Source of the DNA: an uncultured Bacteroidales bacterium
GTDB lineage: Bacteria; Bacteroidota; Bacteroidia; Bacteroidales; Paludibacteraceae
Length of the DNA stretch: 64,000 bases
Assembly (NCBI GenBank): GCA_946617165.1
Contig: CAMOJP010000001.1
Location: 2,004-66,003, forward strand
Direction of reading: 5' to 3'
Below, in pieces: positions 46,441 through 54,039 of the stretch. The notes under the pieces were generated by a model. That model saw only the letters and a list, made by a program, of their open reading frames with translations, did no database searches and had not been told where the DNA came from. Each line of letters opens with the position of its first letter. Position 1 is the first letter of the stretch. The position numbers were made by a program, and so were the translations under genes.

Positions 46441-47796
46441 ATGAAAAAAACTGTATTCTACGCTATCGCGCTCATCTGTGCCGTAGCATTTAACGGTTGT
46501 AAAGACAAAAATGCAGCCGAAGAACCTAACGCCAATGCGGATAACAACTCCAACGCAATGACTGCCGAACAACAGAAAGACTACATCGAGAAATCAGGCA
46601 AACAGATTCTTGAAGTCTTTAATACGGCTGACCAAAAACCCGCTGTTGAACTCGCGGACGGACTCTATCGTAAATACGAAAACTACGACTGGAAAGCTAT
46701 CGGAGATAAACTCGCAGACATCGACGACGGACGATATGAGAACTTCTTCTCCGCTCCTAAAAGACTCATCGAAATGACCAACGGAACTCGTATCCCTACA
46801 GTCAGAGATATGATCGTCTTCTCATTTAATAACTGCGCATACAACTTCGTAATCGACGAGCAGAAAAAGACCATCAACTATACTCGCAGTACAGACGGAA
46901 CTTGCACCGCTACCTTCCGCGATGAAAAAGGAAATACCTGTACCCTGCGCGCTTGGGGTGAAGGGAAAACAAGTTCATATCAATACACCTTCAACTCCGG
47001 TGATGGCGACAAAACAATCCAAGCGGACATACCCGCTACCACATACGTATCACTCAAACAAGGAAACACAGAACTCATCAACCTCGCTTTGGGATTGGAG
47101 GCTGTGAAAAACAACCACATCTATATCCTGTTTAATCTCAAAGTGACCAACGTACTCATGAAGTACGACATCCGGGTGAACAGCACCAACGGTAGCGCTA
47201 TCTACGAACTGAAATACGGAGACAAAAACCTCGTCACCGCTTCCGTGGATTTGCCTAAATATAAACTCATCGAAAAAGGCGACAACCAAGACTGGGAAGA
47301 CTGGATCGAACAATACGAAGAGCGCTACGAGGAACTACTGAGAGCTATCGGATCCGGTTCAGGACAAATCAACCTCATGAACTTGGTAACAGCTAAACTA
47401 TCTGTTAAAAGCGGAGCCGAACTATACAACACAATCCGTAACTATGACGACAACGGAGACAAAGCTTCATGCCAGGCTTTCTGCGAGGCTTTCAACAAAT
47501 CATATACCGGAGGCTTGTATTTCCCGTCTGATCAAAATACGGTACAAGTGGAGATAAGACTGCAACCGCGTGCTTACGAGTCCACGGATTACAACTATTA
47601 CACCCAAACCTATACCACTGTTACCAAATACGCTCCGGAACCTGTCCTCTACTTCCCTAAAGACCGAACAACCTACGCCGTAGAGGAGTACTTCACTATG
47701 AACCGGTTCTCGTCGTTGATTCAAATGACCGAGAACGTAATCAATGCCTATATCGACCTCGACTCGGAATTTGGCTTGGAACATATCGAATTCTAA
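46441..47796 (+). CDS. Hypothetical lipoprotein (451 aa)
   Basis: Lipobox FNGC. No recognised domain. Ends 3 nt before the TBDR start codon. Confidence 0.6.
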   Translation: MKKTVFYAIALICAVAFNGCKDKNAAEEPNANADNNSNAMTAEQQKDYIEKSGKQILEVFNTADQKPAVELADGLYRKYENYDWKAIGDKLADIDDGRYENFFSAPKRLIEMTNGTRIPTVRDMIVFSFNNCAYNFVIDEQKKTINYTRSTDGTCTATFRDEKGNTCTLRAWGEGKTSSYQYTFNSGDGDKTIQADIPATTYVSLKQGNTELINLALGLEAVKNNHIYILFNLKVTNVLMKYDIRVNSTNGSAIYELKYGDKNLVTASVDLPKYKLIEKGDNQDWEDWIEQYEERYEELLRAIGSGSGQINLMNLVTAKLSVKSGAELYNTIRNYDDNGDKASCQAFCEAFNKSYTGGLYFPSDQNTVQVEIRLQPRAYESTDYNYYTQTYTTVTKYAPEPVLYFPKDRTTYAVEEYFTMNRFSSLIQMTENVINAYIDLDSEFGLEHIEF

Positions 47797-47799
47797 TCA

Positions 47800-49854
47800 A
47801 TGAACAGGCACTCGTGCCTCATAATCTTATATTTCTGCAGCTTGCCTCTTTGGGGGCAAGCTGTTGATGTTACGGATTCAATACAGAACTCCTCCGAAAA
47901 AGTAGTCACATATTCAAAAGAAATAGAACAAATCGAAGTCGTACAAACGCGGCAGGGAGGAAGCGTGGAGAATAAAGGACGACGATTGGTCGTGGACATG
48001 TCAGATGTCAGCGCCATGCCGAAATTCCTTGGAACAAGCGACCCGATGAGGCTCGTACAATCAATCGCAGGCGTCACTACCAACAGCGAATCACAAGCCG
48101 GAATACATATTCAAGGTTGCGACGACTACCAAACACTCACCTCTATCAATAATAGCCCCGTTTATTACCCAAATCACCTCTTAGGACTTTACTCCACCTT
48201 TATACCCGAACATTTCAGTAAAATGACACTCGAGCAGGCGGAGCATATCGGTACAGCGGAAAACCGTATCGGGGGACTGCTTGAACTGGAAACACAACAC
48301 CGGCAGCCTGAACGCTTCGGACTACAGGGAAACATCGGACTCGTCCACAGCGACCTCACACTGCAGATACCTTGCGGCAAAAAATCTGCACTTTGGATAT
48401 CTGCTCGAGCTTCATATATCAATCTCTTGTACGGAAAACTACTCCAAATAAGCGGAATGAGTTTTAACTACTACTTCATGGACTATAATCTAACATACGC
48501 CATCCACCCTACTGACAAAGATGAAATACTCCTATATGGCTTTTACAGCAGGGATAAGATGGGACTTAAGGACACTACCGGTATGGACATAGGTATCTGC
48601 TGGCAGAATGTGGTGGGGGGCTGCAAGTGGAATCATGCGCTTCCGGGAGGACAATGGCAAACAACGGTATCATTCTCCGGATTCGGTAATAATATAAATG
48701 TGGACATGAACGAGTCCGCAGTACAAACAAAAGACCGCTTTGCCTCCTTAGACCTGAAAAACAGACTGTCACTACGAGTACACAAAAACGTACTGCTCAA
48801 CGTAGGTGCTGACTACACACACTATTTCTCCTACCCCTTGCAATTTGCCGAACAGGGACTTAACATACGCCTGCCGGAACAAAAGAGGTACCAACACAGA
48901 GACGAAGTTTCCCTCTCTGCGGACATTCGGCATGATGTCACAGCGTGGTTTGCGTACAATATCGGCTTGCATAACTCGGCGTACCACAGTAACAAATGGT
49001 TCGGAACAATAGACCCAAGGGCTTCACTGCATTTCTATCCGGCACATGACCACGAGATTTCGCTGCACTATGGGATGTATAGCCAGTTCTTCCATAAAGC
49101 AGGACTGACCGGCGGAGGACTGCCTACCGATTTCTTTATCTGCGCTGACTCTACTTTTAAACCCGAACGGGCACACGCCGTCAGCCTCAGTTATACCGCT
49201 ACCTTCCTGAACGACATGCTCTCTTTGCGAGCCGAAGGATATTTCAAACAACTATACGGTGTAGTGGAGTCTTTTGGTAATGTACTGCAACTTATCAATA
49301 AAGGATTTAGATATGAGGACTACTTAATGAACGGAGACGGACGCAACTACGGAGTTAATCTGATGCTCCGTAAAAATACCGGCGCTGTTACTGGACATAT
49401 TTCATACTCATTAGGTTGGGCTGTACGCAAGTTCAAGGACTTGGAAGGTATTGACGATTACATCTACTCCGCTTCACACGAGAGACGGCACGACCTCAAT
49501 ATCGTTGTTAACGGACGGTTCTGTAAACGATGGAGCGTGGGGGGGCAGTTCGTCCTTGCCTCCGGATTACCATATACCAAAGCCGAGGAGGCATACCTCA
49601 TCAACGGCAGAATGGTCTGCCGGTATTCCAACTTTAACGGAGCTCATATGCCGGTCTATCACAGGTTAGACCTCACCTGCTCTTGCGACATCATAAAAAC
49701 AAACGAACACGAATTAGGCATTAACCTCTCTATTTATAACGTTTACTACCAGAAAAACGCACAGTTCGTCGTCTATCGGCAGAATATACACCCTATCTAC
49801 GGCTCCTCACTGTCAACCATTATACCATCCATCAGTATCTATGGCAAATTTTAG
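47800..49854 (+). CDS. TonB-dependent receptor (non-SusC type)
   Basis: Signal peptide, a plug region (DPMRLVQSIAGV, GIHIQGC), a barrel, and a terminal aromatic residue (..SISIYGKF). Confidence 0.8.
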   Translation: MNRHSCLIILYFCSLPLWGQAVDVTDSIQNSSEKVVTYSKEIEQIEVVQTRQGGSVENKGRRLVVDMSDVSAMPKFLGTSDPMRLVQSIAGVTTNSESQAGIHIQGCDDYQTLTSINNSPVYYPNHLLGLYSTFIPEHFSKMTLEQAEHIGTAENRIGGLLELETQHRQPERFGLQGNIGLVHSDLTLQIPCGKKSALWISARASYINLLYGKLLQISGMSFNYYFMDYNLTYAIHPTDKDEILLYGFYSRDKMGLKDTTGMDIGICWQNVVGGCKWNHALPGGQWQTTVSFSGFGNNINVDMNESAVQTKDRFASLDLKNRLSLRVHKNVLLNVGADYTHYFSYPLQFAEQGLNIRLPEQKRYQHRDEVSLSADIRHDVTAWFAYNIGLHNSAYHSNKWFGTIDPRASLHFYPAHDHEISLHYGMYSQFFHKAGLTGGGLPTDFFICADSTFKPERAHAVSLSYTATFLNDMLSLRAEGYFKQLYGVVESFGNVLQLINKGFRYEDYLMNGDGRNYGVNLMLRKNTGAVTGHISYSLGWAVRKFKDLEGIDDYIYSASHERRHDLNIVVNGRFCKRWSVGGQFVLASGLPYTKAEEAYLINGRMVCRYSNFNGAHMPVYHRLDLTCSCDIIKTNEHELGINLSIYNVYYQKNAQFVVYRQNIHPIYGSSLSTIIPSISIYGKF

Positions 49855-50740
49855 AACCTACATATTACTTATACTTATAGGAATAGCCTGCTTCGCGTGC
49901 AAAAAGGAAGAACTACCGCCACCATCAATTATCGTAGAAGGATGGATTGAAGCGGGGAAAGCACCCGTCGTTATGCTACATAAGTCATACGTAGTGGACG
50001 AAGACAGCAAATCACGGGCTTCCTTGCAATCCATTATCGGAGGACAACTCATTACCTTTGGACGCGTTACAATCTTTGACGGGACGGACTCCGTCATCTT
50101 GACCGGCAGATTGGACACTAACTATATGCCGCCGTATATATACTCTACAACAGAATTGGAAGGTGTTGTGGGAAAAACATATACTCTGCACGCTACCTAT
50201 CAGGGATACAACGCAACGGCAAGTACTACCATACCGAATACTGCACGTTTCGACTCCATCAGAGCACAAGAAATTGAACCTGACTTAATGAGACTCACAG
50301 GCTACATAAGCGGCGTGAAGCACGACTCCCGCTATCTGCTTATGGCAAAACTGCTTCATGAACGGCAATACAAACTGTGCCCCCTCGGAGTATTCTCGGG
50401 CGAACAGGCACAAAACGGAAAAATGACTGTGACCATCTACTGCCCCAAGTTCGGCAAATTGGGATTTGATAACAATAATGACAAGAAAGATATTAATACG
50501 AAAATGGCATTCCCTAAATCGGACGAACAAGGATATAGTATCAAAATAGCACAGATAGACCAAACCGCCTACGACTATTGGGACCAATTCGCCGCACAAA
50601 GTCTTACACAGGGCGTCCTCTTTATGACCGTCTATAAGAACTTACCCGGCAACATCAATAACGGATTAGGCATCTGGTACGGCATGGGTAGCAGCGAGTA
50701 CCATCTCCGCCTCACTCAATCCAAAACCTTCATCTTCTAA
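49841..50740 (+). CDS. DUF4249-like lipoprotein
   Basis: Lipobox ACFAC. It overlaps the TBDR by 14 nt. The TBDR + DUF4249 pairing is a recurrent Bacteroidota arrangement. Confidence 0.65.
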   Translation: MANFRTYILLILIGIACFACKKEELPPPSIIVEGWIEAGKAPVVMLHKSYVVDEDSKSRASLQSIIGGQLITFGRVTIFDGTDSVILTGRLDTNYMPPYIYSTTELEGVVGKTYTLHATYQGYNATASTTIPNTARFDSIRAQEIEPDLMRLTGYISGVKHDSRYLLMAKLLHERQYKLCPLGVFSGEQAQNGKMTVTIYCPKFGKLGFDNNNDKKDINTKMAFPKSDEQGYSIKIAQIDQTAYDYWDQFAAQSLTQGVLFMTVYKNLPGNINNGLGIWYGMGSSEYHLRLTQSKTFIF

Positions 50741-50905
50741 TTCATCTTCTCCCCAAAAAACACCATCCTCTAATTCATCTTCTCCCCAAAAACCTCCATC
50801 CTCTAATTCATCTTCTCCCCCAAAAACACCATCCTCTAATTCATCTTCTCCCCCAAAAACACCATCCTCTAATTCATCTTCTCCCCAAAAAACACCATCC
50901 TCTAA
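50741..50905. repeat. Tandem repeat, 5 x 33 bp (TTCATCTTCTCCCCAAAAAACACCATCCTCTAA)
   Basis: Copies start at 50741, 50774, 50807, 50840 and 50873. The array begins immediately after the DUF4249-like stop codon. Confidence 0.92.
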
Positions 50906-50940
50906 TTACCCCATTCGCCTCCACTTCCCCTCCCGTTGGC

Positions 50941-51006
50941 AATGTATGCTCAATGTATGCTCAATGTATGCTGAATGTATGCTCAATGTATGCTCAATGT
51001 ATGCAC
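50941..51006. repeat. Tandem repeat, 6 x 11 bp (AATGTATGCTC)
   Basis: Units start at 50941, 50952, 50963, 50974, 50985 and 50996. Confidence 0.92.
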
Positions 51007-51085
51007 AGCGGGACCATGTCCCGACTTAACCATGATTATCAACCAATTACATCGCCTCCGACTCTCAACTATACAACTGCTTTCG

Positions 51086-51149
51086 CATTTATCGGAGTGC
51101 CCGTAGGCTCCTTTCGACATTTATCGGAGTGCCCGTAGGCACCTTTTGA
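51086..51149 (-). repeat. Two tandem copies (32-bp period) of the dispersed hairpin element also found at 28358-28714
   Basis: CATTTATCGGAGTGCCCGTAGGCWCCTTTYGA is the reverse complement of ..AAAGGTGCCTACGGGCACTCCGATAAATG.. at 28358, 28637 and 28676. Confidence 0.88.
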
Positions 51150-51161
51150 CTTTCGACTAAG

Positions 51162-51197
51162 AAAAAAGTGCAGGTTTTGACGAAACTTGCACTTTTT
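51162..51197 (+). terminator. Hairpin (AAAAAAGTGCAGGTTT-N5-AAACTTGCACTTTTT) directly abutting a promoter
   Basis: Stem of about 11 bp flanked by A and T runs. Part of the repeated terminator-promoter cassette. Confidence 0.55.
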
Positions 51198-51198
51198 A

Positions 51199-51230
51199 TT
51201 TGCATATATGCAAAAAATGTAGTACTTTTG
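51199..51230 (+). promoter_or_regulatory. Promoter of the 737-aa surface protein gene (-33 TTTG / -7 TACTTTTG, 20-nt spacer)
   Basis: TTTGCATATATGCAAAAAATGTAGTACTTTTG, 45 nt upstream of ATG 51275. Confidence 0.6.
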
Positions 51231-51274
51231 CAACGCGGAATGACTTATTAACTTAATTTTTAATTTTAATATTT

Positions 51275-53488
51275 ATGAAAAAACTTCTTCTTTCGCTGCT
51301 ATGTGCAGTCAGTTCAATGACCATCTATGCCCTCAACGACATCGTTCCAGGTTTTTTCTCTGTGGCAGACGACAAAACAGTTGCCTTCGCGCAAGGTAAC
51401 TTGCAGGCGACGACCGCTGACCTCGGTGAGAACTGGACGTGGGGTTTTGCGGAACATCAGTATGACTACGTCGGAAATGCAGTAGCCAACACGATGATCA
51501 GCGGTAATGGCAAAGTCGGTGAAAATGGTACCGTAGATCTGTTCGGCTGGAGCACTGTTGCAAATTTCTTTGGCATCCACTATAGCGAGAATTCCAGTCT
51601 ATATTCAGGAGAGTTTATAGAATGGGGAAAACGGATAGGAGACGGTTGGCGCACACTGACTAAAGACGAGTGGGTATATGTATTTAATACCCGCACCGGC
51701 GCTAAGGCCTCTACCGTAGCCGAAAATGCTAATATCCGTTTTGCCAAGGCAACGGTTAATTCCGTTAAAGGTGTTATTCTCTTCCCGGATGGTGGCACGT
51801 TTGCTGCAAGTGAATTCACAGCCGTTGCAGCTCTCAATCAGGGGAGTGCGTCCTTTACGACCACAACATGTACAGCAGATCAGTGGACGGCTTTGGAAGC
51901 AAAAGGATGTGTTTTCCTGCCTAATGCGGGCTATCGTTTGGGGACTGTGGTGTATAGCGACAACTCTGCCGGTTTCTACTGGTCGTCCACATCGGATACT
52001 GATATCGAGGCGTACGAACTGGCCTTCGAGGCGACCTTCTGCAATCCGCAGGCTCCGGGAACTCGAGAAACGGGTTATCCTGTGCGTCTCGTGCACGAGC
52101 AGCCGAAAGTAGGTGAGAAATTCAAAGCTGCTTCCGGCGACGATATTCTCCAATACGAAGTGACAGCGCTCGCACCGAACATGACCGTGAGAGTAACTGA
52201 AACCGGACATATCCTCAAAGAGGGTACAGACCTCGTTATCCCTGCGACCGTGAAATATATCGGACAAACATTCACTGTGACAGAAGTAGCAGATAGACCT
52301 AAGTTCGGTAACGCCAAAACGCTCTCTCTGCCTAACTCTATAACCAAAAAAGTTAATTGGTGGAATGCAGATTTGAGCTCACTGGAGGCATTTATCGTAG
52401 AAGACGATAATCCGATCTTCACGGTTGTAGGCGGTGTGCTTTATTCAAAAAACAAAGAAACTCTATTCCGTTGCCCCGCTAAGAAAGCCTTCACTTCCGC
52501 GGACTTCCTGCCGGAAACCAAATATCTGGGTTCTCACGCTTTCTATAAGAATACCGCAATTAGCGACTTGGTTATCCCTAATACAATAACCAATACGGAA
52601 CTCAATACATTCTATGCATCAAGTATTACCAGCGTATTCATCCCCACTTCGTTGAAAGGTCTGACTAATGGCGTTTTTGGCTCTTGCGCGCAACTGGCTT
52701 CCGTTACGTTTGAGAACTCTGCTGTGATGAGTATTGCCTGGGATTCGTTCAACGAGAGTAAGATTATCAACGACCAAGAAGGCGATTTCAAGGTTATCGA
52801 CAGCGTAGCCATTAAATACATGGGCACAGCCGACACTGTAGTCTTTCCGGATAGCATCGTAAATATTGTGTATGCTTGTATCAGTTATTCAAGGGAGGGG
52901 TCTAAAACGATGACAACGGTGATTCTGCCGGCTTCGATTAAAGCCTTGAGCTATCAGTTCATGTCCTTTAACAGCGCAAGCGACAAATACCCCTTGCTGG
53001 AAAAGATTATCTGCAAGGCACAAGATGTACCTAATGTTATTGGCTCACAACTCCAGCTTAATTCTGAAAAAGACGTTACGTTGGTCGTACCGTGCGGCAA
53101 GTTATCAGACTACACTACTGCAACAACATTCTCTAATCCGTTCACAACGATTGAGGAAGGCTTCGTCTATAACGTAACGCTCAAGCAGACCGAAGGCGGA
53201 ACGATTGCTTACACTAAGAAGGAAGAATGCAACGAGATCGAACTGACCGCCACACCGGACGAAGGTTATGAGTTCGTTAAATGGAACGACGAAAACACAG
53301 ATGCTACACGCACCGTGGCTGTCAACAGCGATATCGAGTTCTCCGCAACCTTCCAGGTTAAACCGACCGCTATCAGCCAAACAAATCACAAATCAAAAAT
53401 CAAAAATCAAAAAGTGATCAAAGACGGACAATTGTTGATTCTCCACGACGGCAAGAGTTTCAATGCCGTTGGACAAGAAGTAAAGTAA
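51275..53488 (+). CDS. Mosaic secreted surface protein: FISUMP-like N-domain + BspA-type LRRs + Listeria-Bacteroides repeat + short C-terminal tag
   Basis: SPI signal. GWRTLTKDEW...GFYWSST...GYPVRLV resembles the Fibrobacter major paralogous domain. The central region has LRR_5-like repeats. YNVTLKQTEGGTI...TPDEGYEFVKWND...FSATF is InlB-B/Flg_new-like. C-terminus is QKVIKDGQLLILHDGKSFNAVGQEVK. Confidence 0.72.
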   Translation: MKKLLLSLLCAVSSMTIYALNDIVPGFFSVADDKTVAFAQGNLQATTADLGENWTWGFAEHQYDYVGNAVANTMISGNGKVGENGTVDLFGWSTVANFFGIHYSENSSLYSGEFIEWGKRIGDGWRTLTKDEWVYVFNTRTGAKASTVAENANIRFAKATVNSVKGVILFPDGGTFAASEFTAVAALNQGSASFTTTTCTADQWTALEAKGCVFLPNAGYRLGTVVYSDNSAGFYWSSTSDTDIEAYELAFEATFCNPQAPGTRETGYPVRLVHEQPKVGEKFKAASGDDILQYEVTALAPNMTVRVTETGHILKEGTDLVIPATVKYIGQTFTVTEVADRPKFGNAKTLSLPNSITKKVNWWNADLSSLEAFIVEDDNPIFTVVGGVLYSKNKETLFRCPAKKAFTSADFLPETKYLGSHAFYKNTAISDLVIPNTITNTELNTFYASSITSVFIPTSLKGLTNGVFGSCAQLASVTFENSAVMSIAWDSFNESKIINDQEGDFKVIDSVAIKYMGTADTVVFPDSIVNIVYACISYSREGSKTMTTVILPASIKALSYQFMSFNSASDKYPLLEKIICKAQDVPNVIGSQLQLNSEKDVTLVVPCGKLSDYTTATTFSNPFTTIEEGFVYNVTLKQTEGGTIAYTKKEECNEIELTATPDEGYEFVKWNDENTDATRTVAVNSDIEFSATFQVKPTAISQTNHKSKIKNQKVIKDGQLLILHDGKSFNAVGQEVK

Positions 53489-53526
53489 AATCGTTATCAC
53501 ATTATAACGTTATTACACTAACAACA

Positions 53527-53561
53527 AAAAGTGCAGAAAATCACAAATTCTGCACTTTTTA
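53527..53561 (+). terminator. Rho-independent terminator (AAAAAGTGCAG-N13-CTGCACTTTTT)
   Basis: 6-bp GC-containing stem extended by A/T runs, 39 nt after the upstream stop codon. Confidence 0.65.
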
Positions 53562-53562
53562 T

Positions 53563-53593
53563 TTGCATATATGCAAAAAATGCAGTACTTTTG
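53563..53593 (+). promoter_or_regulatory. ssrA promoter (-33 TTTG / -7 TACTTTTG, 19-nt spacer)
   Basis: TTTGCATATATGCAAAAATGCAGTACTTTTG. The -7 box ends 10 nt before the tmRNA 5' GGGG. Confidence 0.7.
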
Positions 53594-53603
53594 CACGCTT
53601 TTT

Positions 53604-53992
53604 GGGGATAACTGGTTTTGACAGCAAGTAGAAAGGGTGTGTAAGCACGTCGAGCATGGATACCGCTCGTACTTAGGATCCAAACAATTAACTGGCAACA
53701 ATTCTTATGCTCTCGCTGCTTAATCGAAGTATAGTAGATTGGCGTCATTTCGGCACAAGGTGCGGAAACGAGACATCGCTCCAAGCCAAGCCTTGCGGCT
53801 TATAGGATATAGCGGTGCGGAAATAGCAAGGATAGTTAGTGCAAGCTGCGATGCAATAACGAAAACTTTAGCAGATAAGGCAACGGTTGGTGGCTTGGGT
53901 CTTGCCGCTGCTCGAAAATCAAGGCCAAGATAAACGTGTAGAAAGCATATCGGTTCCTTGTTTGGACGCGGGTTCGAATCCCGCTATCTCCA
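53604..53992 (+). ncRNA. ssrA: Transfer-messenger RNA (tmRNA)
   Basis: The 5' GGGGATAACTGGTTTTGAC pairs with the 3' TATCTCCA. T-arm GGACGCGGGTTCGAATCCCGC. Tag frame 53694-53723, GGC AAC AAT TCT TAT GCT CTC GCT GCT TAA, encodes GNNSYALAA. Confidence 0.92.
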
Positions 53993-54039
53993 CATAATAG
54001 ATTCTAACTAATCATAACGCGCTATTGCGCAATAACAAA

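Noticed and set aside
50741-50905. The minus-strand frame through the 33-bp repeats is open and reads LEDGVFWGEDE x5.
   Set aside because: It spans only about 55 codons and is bounded by stops. It has no start or promoter and is a pure consequence of the repeat length being a multiple of three.
28358-51149. The idea that the inverted copies of the hairpin element mediate inversion of the intervening 22-kb segment.
   Set aside because: The shared sequence is only 35-39 bp, no recombinase gene is present, and nothing in a single sequence can show inversion. It would need read-level evidence.
53518-53933. ORFs 53518..53784 (minus), 53513..53701 (minus) and 53739..53933 (plus).
   Set aside because: They lie inside the ssrA promoter and the tmRNA gene, which is supported by much stronger evidence.
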